Shown: in pieces, positions 27,461 to 35,187 of the stretch
How the letters are laid out: every line of letters begins with the position of its first letter
Position numbering within the stretch: the stretch's first letter is position 1
Source: Dehalococcoidia bacterium
GTDB taxonomy: Bacteria; Chloroflexota; Dehalococcoidia; Lucifugimonadales; UBA1123
Length of the DNA stretch: 64,000 nt
Direction of reading: 5' to 3'
NCBI GenBank assembly: GCA_965242675.1
Contig: CBDESW010000004.1
Span: forward strand, 301,862 to 365,861
The notes under the pieces: generated by a model
The model's input: only the letters and a program-made list of their open reading frames with translations
The model's database searches: none
What the model was told of the DNA's origin: nothing
Made by a program: the position numbers and the translations under genes

Positions 27461-28711
27461 ATGACACTGCGGGAAGCGTATGGGGCGGCGCTTAAGGCGG
27501 CGCTCGGCATCATCGGATTCTACATAGTGTTCGGCATCGTCACATTGCTCGGCGTTGTCATGTCGCTCGGCTCGTTCTTGGCTGGCGGGGCGGGCGCGTT
27601 GGCGAGCGCGTCGCTCGACTCATTCTGGGCCGGCGGGGCGGGCGCGTTGGCGGGCGCGGCGCTCGCGCTCTTTGGGATAATCGCGGCGTGGCTCTCCGCG
27701 TTCGCCGTCATAATCAAAACCTCGTTCGACGAGGCGATGCGCCGCTCGCGGCGGCGGATTGACGACAGGGCGCTGAGCATTGCGAACCAGATTGAAGGGC
27801 GAAGCGCAAGCCGCGGACCGCTTTCGGAAGCGGACAGCGTCAGAATGAGCTGGCGAGGGGCGTTCGGCACCGCGCTTAAGGCGGTGTTCTTCATCATCAT
27901 ATCCTATATCGCCTTCGGCTTCTTGACTGGAGTCGGGGCGGCGCTCACAATAGGCGGAGCCGTGCTCTTCGTCGCAGGCGACGTTGGGGTCGTTGTTGGG
28001 GCATTTGCGATGATTGTAGGTGCGCCGCTTGCGGTCTGCGCAGCTGTCGCGTGGATTCTCTCCCCGTTCGCCAACCTAATCGCAATCCCAGTCAGGGAGA
28101 CGGTGAAACGGTCGGAGTCGCGGATAGCCGCCGCCGTGAGATTCATAACGGACAGCGTCGACGAACGGTCGGCGGAGCCGAGCCATGCGCGGGAAGCGGA
28201 ACGCGAATCGCCTCGGCAGGGGGGACAAAGCGCTTCTCCCAAAAGGGCGGCGCCGGCGCGGCATGCGCGAGAAGCCAATGTGAATCGCGGCGGCGCGCGC
28301 GGCGATGTGTTCCTCTCAAAAGAGGGAGTCACGGTTACGCGAACCCGGTTCGAATCGCGGGGCGCCGCCTACGGGATGAGCGCCGTGTCCTCGTGCAGAG
28401 TCCTGTACCTCAACGAAAACCAGAGCGGAGGCAAGAAAGCCCTGCGGGCGCTCTCCATGATGGCTAGCCTAGCGGGAAGCGTCGCCGTAGGGTTCATGCT
28501 GGAACAGCCGATCATCGGCGCGGTCATCGGAATAACGCTCGCGGTCGCGTTCTCCCTCATAAAAATACCGCAGTACCGCTTGTACGAGCTTTACTTGTAC
28601 GCCAACTCAGGGGAAGAATTGCGCGCCTTGACTTCGCGCGACGGGGATTTCATCCGCGAAGTCGAGCGCGCCGTCAACGACGCGATTGCGGCGAGGGGCA
28701 ACGCCGAATAG
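27461..28711 (+). CDS. Membrane protein with two copies of the same 2-TM module plus a distinct C-terminal membrane-associated domain
   Basis: Module starts REAYGAALKAALGIIGFYIVFG and RGAFGTALKAVFFIIISYIAFG, with GPLSEA after the first. The C-terminus (VFLSKEGVTVTRTRFESRGAAYGMSAVSSCRV...2 TM...YELYLYANSGEELRALTSRD) loosely resembles bPH or DUF6232-type domains. That similarity is from memory and weak. Confidence 0.55.
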   Translation: MTLREAYGAALKAALGIIGFYIVFGIVTLLGVVMSLGSFLAGGAGALASASLDSFWAGGAGALAGAALALFGIIAAWLSAFAVIIKTSFDEAMRRSRRRIDDRALSIANQIEGRSASRGPLSEADSVRMSWRGAFGTALKAVFFIIISYIAFGFLTGVGAALTIGGAVLFVAGDVGVVVGAFAMIVGAPLAVCAAVAWILSPFANLIAIPVRETVKRSESRIAAAVRFITDSVDERSAEPSHAREAERESPRQGGQSASPKRAAPARHAREANVNRGGARGDVFLSKEGVTVTRTRFESRGAAYGMSAVSSCRVLYLNENQSGGKKALRALSMMASLAGSVAVGFMLEQPIIGAVIGITLAVAFSLIKIPQYRLYELYLYANSGEELRALTSRDGDFIREVERAVNDAIAARGNAE

Positions 28712-28774
28712 CGGAAGCGCCGCCGCCGAATCGTCCCGCTTCCCAATCCCGAATCGTGCGACGGGGCGGCGCGC

Positions 28775-30037
28775 TCACAGCAGCCGCCGACCGCTCCCTT
28801 CCGCCCCGTCGCGCCAGATTTTGACCGTCCCATACAGCCCGTCGTAGCCCGGCTCCACATGAATATCCCCGGCGCGTACTTTGGCGACGCCTTCCGCCAG
28901 GCGCTCGCCATGCGCGGGCAGGGCGGCGGCTAGGTCGGGGATGGGCGCGTCTAGCAGGACGGTTAGCTCGTTGCCGAAGGCGTCGGTCAGCGCCTTGTAC
29001 GCCGTTCGGACGCGCTTGGTTTTGACGCCGACGCCCAGCGTTTCGGATAAGACCTGTTCCAGCGATACAAGCGATCTGTACGGCGGGCGGGCGTTGTTGG
29101 GGTGTTCCATCATGCCGTCCGCGCGCCGGGTTGCCGCCGCGTCGCGTTGGGCGAGGGCGTCCACGCGCGCCGTGACGCCCAGCGTTAGGGGGCGTCCGCA
29201 TTTCGGGCAGCGGTCGCCGCCGTTCGCCGCCAATTCGCGCGGGGACAGGCTGACGCCGCAAGCGCGATGCCCCGAATTGTGATACTTGCCCTCTTCGGGG
29301 AAGAACTCCAGCGTGTGGGAGATTCGCCGGTTTCGCAGGGCGTCCATCAAGCCGCCGTAGCTCGGTTCGCCCTCGAAGGCGGTCAGCTCGCGCGCCAGTT
29401 TGGGCAGCGAGTGGGCGTCCGAGAACGATACGATTGCCTTGTCGTCAAGGTCTGGCACGCGCCAGCACATGGCGGGGTCGGCGGATAATCCGGTTTCGAC
29501 GGCGGGGATGAGCGGCGTCAAGTCGCCGAAAGCGCTTTCAAGCGAGTCAAAGCCGGATTTCGCGCCGAATATCCCGTACCAGGGCGTCCACGCATGCGCC
29601 GGGATGACGAAGCATCGCGGGTCGGCGTCCAGCATGAGCGCGAGCAGGTCGCGGGGCGGCATTGTGAGCGTGGGGCGTCCGTCGCCGTTCAGTTTCGCGC
29701 CGCGCGAGCGGAGCGCATTGTTTATCGCGCCGACCGCCGCCAGCGAGGGCGCGAACGCCAGCAGATGAACCCGCCGCCCGCGCCCGCCGACCCGCGCGAC
29801 GCAGCTCACTTCCGTCCCCAAGACGAACTTGACGCCGCCATGTTCGTAAACCCCATCGCCCGCTTCCGTCAACTTGCCGCGAGACTCCGCGAACCAGGCG
29901 GGATGCGTGAAATCGGCGGACGCCAGCATGTCCACGCCCTTGCGCCGCGCCCAGCGCGCCAGATTCTCGAAAGTCAATTCGCGGCTGGTGGCGTAGGCGT
30001 ATGATGAATGAATGTGCAAATCGGCGTAATAAGCCAT
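28775..30037 (-). CDS. Endonuclease Q-like PHP-domain nuclease (TIGR00375-type)
   Basis: Collinear with archaeal EndoQ as I remember it: YADLHIHSSY, GVKFVLGTEV, RVHLLAFAPSL, GDGRPTL, IPAHAWTPW, VETGLSADP, SFSDAHS, GKYHNSGHRAC, the zinc ribbon CPKCGRPLTLGVTARV, RPPYRSLVSLEQV, and a C-terminal GYDGLYG. Confidence 0.75.
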   Translation of the reverse strand: MAYYADLHIHSSYAYATSRELTFENLARWARRKGVDMLASADFTHPAWFAESRGKLTEAGDGVYEHGGVKFVLGTEVSCVARVGGRGRRVHLLAFAPSLAAVGAINNALRSRGAKLNGDGRPTLTMPPRDLLALMLDADPRCFVIPAHAWTPWYGIFGAKSGFDSLESAFGDLTPLIPAVETGLSADPAMCWRVPDLDDKAIVSFSDAHSLPKLARELTAFEGEPSYGGLMDALRNRRISHTLEFFPEEGKYHNSGHRACGVSLSPRELAANGGDRCPKCGRPLTLGVTARVDALAQRDAAATRRADGMMEHPNNARPPYRSLVSLEQVLSETLGVGVKTKRVRTAYKALTDAFGNELTVLLDAPIPDLAAALPAHGERLAEGVAKVRAGDIHVEPGYDGLYGTVKIWRDGAEGSGRRLL

Positions 30038-30438
30038 GCGGCGGGCGTCCTCCGCTCTGTCGCTGGGTTCGCCGGCGATTTTAGCGCAAATCCCTCTCTA
30101 GCGGCGTCCAACCGAAACAAGCGCCGAGCGCAACCAACGCATCCCTTCCCCATACTCTATCCAGTCATTCCCGCGAACGCGCCGGAGGCTGACCATGCGC
30201 TCCCCGTCCGAATGTTGCCGGATCGAACGCGAGCTGCGACAGCGCATGCCGCAGCTCGCAAAGGCGCAGACGCGGGGGCGCGCCCAACGGACCTACGGAA
30301 CCATAGCCGCCTGCAACGGACGCCTGACCGCCGCCGCCAACAACCCCCCATTGCGCCATCGCGTTAAAAAACTCCCTCTCAAACCCTCCGCGTTTTCTCT
30401 GCGCCCCCGCGCCTCCGCGTCAAAAATCGCGCAGCCAA

Positions 30439-31170
30439 CTACGGAACATCCATCCCCTTCAGCCGGCGAACCGTCAGCGCGTAGAACAAGACGCATACCA
30501 GCGCCGCGCCCAGCATCGCGGCGGGCGGCTCTATGGCGCGGTCGGATAGGGCGGACAGATGCGCGGACGCATCCAACCAGTCCATCATGCCCAGCGCGTA
30601 GCCGCGAACGCTTAGGTAGCGCGCGCCGCCGATGAATGTCGCAACCGCCGCTTCCCACAAGAATACATAGACCAGCGCCAGCGCCAACGCGCGATTCGTG
30701 ACTAGCCCCAGCCAGGTGAATACGGAGCAGTAGGCGAACGACCCGATTGCCACCGAGAGGGCGATTGCGAGCGCCGTCCGCTCCGCGCCCGCGATTCCGC
30801 TCAGCTCGGCGTAAGCCGCCGCCCCCGCGCCCGCCGCCGTGAGCGGAACGGCTATCAGAGCCGGCGCGATGAGTTTGGCGAGCGCCGTCTTCCACCGCGC
30901 TATCGGCTGGAGCGCGATGAAACTGAGCGTCCGGTCTTCCATTTCGTTGCCGAGCGACGCCGTCGCCAGCGCCATGGCGACGATGGGCATGACTAGCCTT
31001 AGCACAAGCGCGTCCACCGTCATGTTGGCGAAGTCCTCATAACTCGCGTCGCCGGCGGCTTGGCGCGAGTAGATGGCGAGCGCGGCGGGCAGAAGCGCGA
31101 CCGCCCCTACTATGATGAGACGCCGCGCGCCCGCGAGCTGCCGCAATGTGAGCAAGATTATCTGCGCCAT
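30439..31170 (-). CDS. ABC-2-type transporter permease (module 2)
   Basis: 243 aa with about 6 TM segments. It starts 5 nt downstream of its cognate ATPase gene, on the same strand. Confidence 0.65.
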   Translation of the reverse strand: MAQIILLTLRQLAGARRLIIVGAVALLPAALAIYSRQAAGDASYEDFANMTVDALVLRLVMPIVAMALATASLGNEMEDRTLSFIALQPIARWKTALAKLIAPALIAVPLTAAGAGAAAYAELSGIAGAERTALAIALSVAIGSFAYCSVFTWLGLVTNRALALALVYVFLWEAAVATFIGGARYLSVRGYALGMMDWLDASAHLSALSDRAIEPPAAMLGAALVCVLFYALTVRRLKGMDVP

Positions 31171-31175
31171 TGCCC

Positions 31176-32114
31176 CTAGCGCTCCACTATATATTCAAAG
31201 AGGCTTTCAAGCGATTCGTCCATCGGCTCCACCCGCGTCAGGCGGACGCCGGCGGCGCGCGACAGTCTTGGGAGCGCCGTCTGCAGCTCCGACACATTGC
31301 GGCTGTAGATGGTCAGCGCGCCGTCCCGCGCGACGCTCACGGAGTCCACCGAGTCCATCGCCACGACCGCCGCCGCCAGCGTTCGGGGCGCGTCCGCGAC
31401 CACGCGAACCTGATAGGCGCGCTCGTCCAGCGCCGCGCGTATCTCGCGGAAGCCGCCCTCCGCCGCCAGCTTGCCGCCCAGCATCAGCAGGATGCGCCCC
31501 GCCAGCGTCTCCACTTCCTCCAAAATGTGGGACGAAATGAGAATCGTCTTGCCGTCCGCCGCCAGCCGCTCCATGGCGTCCTGGAACTCGATGCGCTGCC
31601 GCGGGTCGGTGCCGTTCAGCGGCTCGTCCAGCATCACCACCTCCGGGTCGCCGACCAGGGCGGCGGCTAGTCGGATACGCTGGCGCATCCCCCGCGAGTA
31701 GCCGCCGACGCGCCTTTCTTGGGCGTCCGCCATGCCGACGTCGGCGATTGCGCGCGCCGCCCGCTCCGCCGCGTCCGGCAACCCGCGCATCTTGGCGGAC
31801 ATCTCGACAAGTCGACGCCCGGACAAAAACGGATACACAGTCTCGCGCTCCGGCATGAACGCCATTCGGCGGTACAGTTCCGGATTGTCGCGGACGGGCT
31901 CCCCCAAGACGCGCGCATCCCCCCGCGAGCAGGACGCCAGCCCCGCAATCATGTACAGCAAAGTAGTCTTGCCCGCGCCGTTCGGTCCGAGAAGCCCGGT
32001 GATTCCCGCGCGCGCCTCGAACGAAACGTCGTTCACCGCGACCACGTCGCCGTACCACTTGGACGCGCCGGAGACGGATATGGGGGCGGTCGCCCGCCCG
32101 CCGTTCGCGTTCAT
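31176..32114 (-). CDS. ABC transporter ATP-binding protein (module 2)
   Basis: Walker A GLLGPNGAGKTT, signature-like YSRGMRQR, Walker B VVMLDEPLNGTDP, H-loop SSHIL. Confidence 0.9.
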   Translation of the reverse strand: MNANGGRATAPISVSGASKWYGDVVAVNDVSFEARAGITGLLGPNGAGKTTLLYMIAGLASCSRGDARVLGEPVRDNPELYRRMAFMPERETVYPFLSGRRLVEMSAKMRGLPDAAERAARAIADVGMADAQERRVGGYSRGMRQRIRLAAALVGDPEVVMLDEPLNGTDPRQRIEFQDAMERLAADGKTILISSHILEEVETLAGRILLMLGGKLAAEGGFREIRAALDERAYQVRVVADAPRTLAAAVVAMDSVDSVSVARDGALTIYSRNVSELQTALPRLSRAAGVRLTRVEPMDESLESLFEYIVER

Positions 32115-32128
32115 TCCGCAATCCTCCG

Positions 32129-32246
32129 CAGGGGTATGTTCACCGAAATCATGCTTGAACTGAAGCCGACGTATCCCCTCTCCCTTGATGGGAGAGGGCT
32201 AGGGTGAGGGTGTTTGCGCCGCAAGGCGCAGTCCCGCGCGGATTGT
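32129..32246 (-). repeat. 118-nt two-hairpin repeat insertion flanked by a 31-bp direct duplication of the gene junction
   Basis: CCGCCGTTCGCGTTCATTC(C/G)GCAATCCTCCG occurs at 32098-32128 and again at 32247-32277 (30/31 identical). The insert contains CCCCTCTCCCTTGATGGGAGAGGGCTAGGGTGAGGGTG and TGCGCCGCAAGGCGCA. Confidence 0.85.
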
Positions 32247-32259
32247 CCGCCGTTCGCGT

Positions 32260-33159
32260 TCATTCGGCAATCCTCCGATAGCGATTCCACAGCAACGCGG
32301 CGGGGACGACCGCGACGACGGTGTACCACCCAATCGCCGCCGCCGTCGGCAGGTTGCCGTCTAGCGAATCGTCGTAAGTTCCGAAAATTATGTCGTTCAC
32401 ACTGACCTGCGCGCTGCCCGCGTCTATCAGCGTCGCCCACGCCCCGACGCTTTCGGCGAGTACGGCGGCGGCTATGCCGGTGAAAACAAACGCGCCGATT
32501 ACGGCGACGGAGGCGTAAGCGCGGCGCGGCGTGAAGGCGGCGACGGCGAGCGGGATGGTCGTGGTGACGACCGCGACCGCCGCCCCAGCGCCCAGCGAGC
32601 GGGGGAAGTCCAGCCAGTTGTCGCGCAGATACTCCAGCGGCTCCGGCGCCGCCATCGTCAAGCCCGCCAAAAGCAGCGCCTGGCCGGAGTATATCAGCGC
32701 CAGGCTGACCGCGAAGAACGCCGTCCACCGCCCGATTACGTAATCGGCGGCGGTGAGAGGGCGCGCGAAGTACAGATGAATCACGCCGTCGCGCCTGTCG
32801 GGGCAAAGCAGCTCCGGCGCGATTATCGCGGCGAAGACGAGCAGAACGGGCGAGACGTTGCGATAGTACTCGTCCGCGCCCGGCAGGTCGATGATGTCCG
32901 GGACGCCGCCGAAGTCCGAGAAAAGCCCGTTGACGATTATCAGAAACGCCGCCGGCGCCATCGCCGCGCCGAAGAACAGAATCATCAGCGCCTTCTGCCA
33001 CGCGCCGCGCCCCAGTCCGAAGCAGGTTCGGACGCCGTTGGCGAACAGCGCCCGCCGCGCCCGCGCCCGTCCCTCGCGCGCGCCCGCGTAACGGCGATAG
33101 CCGAGATCGAACACCCGCCCGCCGCCGCCTTCCCGCGCGCCCGCGCCGCCGCCGTTCAC
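32260..33159 (-). CDS. ABC transporter permease (module 1)
   Basis: GTG at 33159 overlaps the ATPase stop (GTGA). The N-terminus RVFDLGYRRYAGAREGR is typical of this permease class, followed by about 6 TM segments. The longer ORF-track N-terminus overlaps the ATPase gene and is rejected. Confidence 0.7.
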   Translation of the reverse strand: MNGGGAGAREGGGGRVFDLGYRRYAGAREGRARARRALFANGVRTCFGLGRGAWQKALMILFFGAAMAPAAFLIIVNGLFSDFGGVPDIIDLPGADEYYRNVSPVLLVFAAIIAPELLCPDRRDGVIHLYFARPLTAADYVIGRWTAFFAVSLALIYSGQALLLAGLTMAAPEPLEYLRDNWLDFPRSLGAGAAVAVVTTTIPLAVAAFTPRRAYASVAVIGAFVFTGIAAAVLAESVGAWATLIDAGSAQVSVNDIIFGTYDDSLDGNLPTAAAIGWYTVVAVVPAALLWNRYRRIAE

Positions 33160-34064
33160 GCCCGCCCCCGCCTGAAAATCTCGGCGAGCCGCCGCCGCCG
33201 CGGACCGAGACGCCGCAACCGAGCGCCGGCGTCCACTAGGGCGTCGCGGATATGGTCGTACTCGGCGTCGCCCACACCCTGCACGGCGACGGAGCCGCCG
33301 TCCATCGCCGCCGCCAATCCGCGCGCGGACAGCGCCGCGATTAGGTCGTCCGCGCCGCCGTCGACGTCGATGAACACGGTTTCGCTCTCCGCCGTGAACC
33401 CGGCGACTTCGCCCGATTCCGAAACGCGCCCGCCTTCCAAAACGATGATGCGGTCGCAAGTCGTCTCCACGTCGCCCATGAGATGGGTTGAAAGCACGAC
33501 GCTGACGCCGAACTCGCGCCCCGCCCGCCGTATCAGCGCCAGCATCTCATCGCGCCCGACGGGGTCTAGCCCGGCGGTCGGCTCGTCGAGAAAGACCACC
33601 GCCGGGTCGTGAACCAGCGCCTGCGCCAGCTTGACGCGCTGAATCATGCCGGTGGAGTACTCGCCGATGGGACGGTAGCGCTCTTCGTCGAGCGCGACGT
33701 GCCGCAGGGTGTCCGCCGCCCGCGACCGCGCCGCGTCCGGCGGCAAGCCGCTAATCTGCGCCATGTGCGTGAGGAATTCGGACGCGCTCACGCCGGACGG
33801 CAGGCAATCGTGTTCCGGCATATACCCCATCCGCGCGCGAACCTCCACATTCCCGCCCGCGCTCTCGCCCAAAACCAGCGCCTCGCCGCTCGTGGGAGCC
33901 AGCAACCCCAGAAACAGCTTGATGGCGGTGCTTTTCCCCGCGCCGTTGGGTCCCAGCAAGCCGGTAATCCCGCGCTCCACCGTGAAACTGACGCCGTCCA
34001 GCGCGGCGACATTGCGGTAATTCTTGCGAAGCTCGCGGGCTTCCAGCAGGGGCGGGGAAGACAT
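33156..34064 (-). CDS. ABC transporter ATP-binding protein (module 1)
   Basis: Walker A GLLGPNGAGKST, signature-like YSTGMIQR, Walker B VVFLDEPTAGLDP, H-loop STHLM. Confidence 0.9.
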   Translation of the reverse strand: MSSPPLLEARELRKNYRNVAALDGVSFTVERGITGLLGPNGAGKSTAIKLFLGLLAPTSGEALVLGESAGGNVEVRARMGYMPEHDCLPSGVSASEFLTHMAQISGLPPDAARSRAADTLRHVALDEERYRPIGEYSTGMIQRVKLAQALVHDPAVVFLDEPTAGLDPVGRDEMLALIRRAGREFGVSVVLSTHLMGDVETTCDRIIVLEGGRVSESGEVAGFTAESETVFIDVDGGADDLIAALSARGLAAAMDGGSVAVQGVGDAEYDHIRDALVDAGARLRRLGPRRRRLAEIFRRGRA

Positions 34065-34164
34065 GGGGGAAGTATATCACAAAGAGGCGCGGCTGGCGCT
34101 GTCGGCTCCAGCCGAAATAAGGATTGATGCTTGATAAGTTTTGGGCTACAATATGCCCGATTCC

Positions 34165-34196
34165 CCCCCGTCATTCCCGCGAAAGCGGGAATCCAG
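34165..34196 (+). repeat. 27-nt hairpin repeat copy
   Basis: CCCCCGTCATTCCCGCGAAAGCGGGAATCCAG, stem ATTCCCGC/GCGGGAAT with a GAAA loop. Confidence 0.85.
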
Positions 34197-34210
34197 TCGT
34201 TCACGCGCAT

Positions 34211-34385
34211 TTGTCAGAATCAGGATTAAAGGATTTATAGGATTTCGCATCGTTGACCCCTCGCTCTTCGCCGTAACCGTAAATCCCGCCAAGCCGAATA
34301 TGGACGAGCGCCTGCCTATCTGGCAAAGACGCGCGCCAGGCGAATCCTGAAAATCCTTTAATCCTGAAAATCCTGATTCTGACAA
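34211..34385. mobile_element. MITE-like element, copy 2
   Basis: TIRs TTGTCAGAATCAGGATT (34211-) and AATCCTGATTCTGACAA (-34385). The subterminal regions contain several GGATT/AATCC motifs. No ORF. Confidence 0.75.
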
Positions 34386-34444
34386 GATGCATGCCCTTGC
34401 AAATCCTTGATTTCTCAGGTTGAACAGAGAAGGACGTCGAAATT

Positions 34445-35059
34445 ATGAAAAGAGGAATGAAACTGCCGCACCCCGGCGCGTCCATACTGCACTTCTGCCT
34501 AGAGCCGCTCGGATTGAGCGTCGCCCAAGGCGCGGACGCGCTCGGCGTGAGCGTAGAGAGTCTGTCGGACGTCATCTACGGGCGCGCCGGCATATCGCCT
34601 GAGATGGCGATTCGCCTCGACAAGGCGTTCGGCGGCAACTCGGAGACTTGGCACAAGGTCCAAGCCGCCTACGACATGGACAAGGCGCTTGAAAGGACGG
34701 GCAGCGTACAAGCGGACTGCGCGGCGGCGGATTATGGCGAAAGGAACGGCAAAATGATGAAAAGAGGAATGAAACTCCCCCATCCCGGCGAATCCATACT
34801 ACTCGACTGCCTAGAGCCGCTCGGCTTGAGCGTCGACAAGGGCGCGGACGCGCTCGGCGTAAGCGTCAAGCATCTGTCGGACGTCATCGACGGGCGCGCC
34901 GGCATATCGCCGGAGATGGCGATTCGTCTCGACAAAGCCTTCGGCGGCGGCGCGGAGACTTGGCACAGGATCCAAGCCGCCTACGACATGGACAAAGCGC
35001 TTGAGAGGGCGGACGACATACAGGTGGCGCGCGTAGCGGCGGCTGGGGCAGCGGACTAA
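34445..35059 (+). CDS. Fused tandem HigA-family antitoxin-like HTH protein (two XRE HTH domains)
   Basis: Two near-identical halves, each [11 protein letters not shown](A/E)[61 protein letters not shown]. The second half begins at ATG 34757 and keeps its own SD-like leader. Confidence 0.8.
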   Translation: MKRGMKLPHPGASILHFCLEPLGLSVAQGADALGVSVESLSDVIYGRAGISPEMAIRLDKAFGGNSETWHKVQAAYDMDKALERTGSVQADCAAADYGERNGKMMKRGMKLPHPGESILLDCLEPLGLSVDKGADALGVSVKHLSDVIDGRAGISPEMAIRLDKAFGGGAETWHRIQAAYDMDKALERADDIQVARVAAAGAAD

Positions 35060-35187
35060 GCGCGATTCGCCCCCTTATCCATTACCCCTCGAAAAGTGGT
35101 AACATGCCATTGGCGAATCCGCCGACCGCGAAACGGCGGCGGCGCTCGCATTTCGACAGCGACGCACGCATCCATGGAGGCGCCTGC

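Noticed and set aside
30195-30635. 146-aa plus-strand ORF in the EndoQ/ABC-2 intergenic region
   Set aside because: It runs across decayed repeat sequence and into the convergent permease gene. Its composition is Arg/Ala/Pro-rich and it has no SD.
34386-34444. Looked for a HigB/RelE-type toxin ORF next to the HigA fusion
   Set aside because: There are only 59 nt between the MITE-like element and the HigA start. No toxin-sized ORF exists on either strand within several hundred nt on either side.
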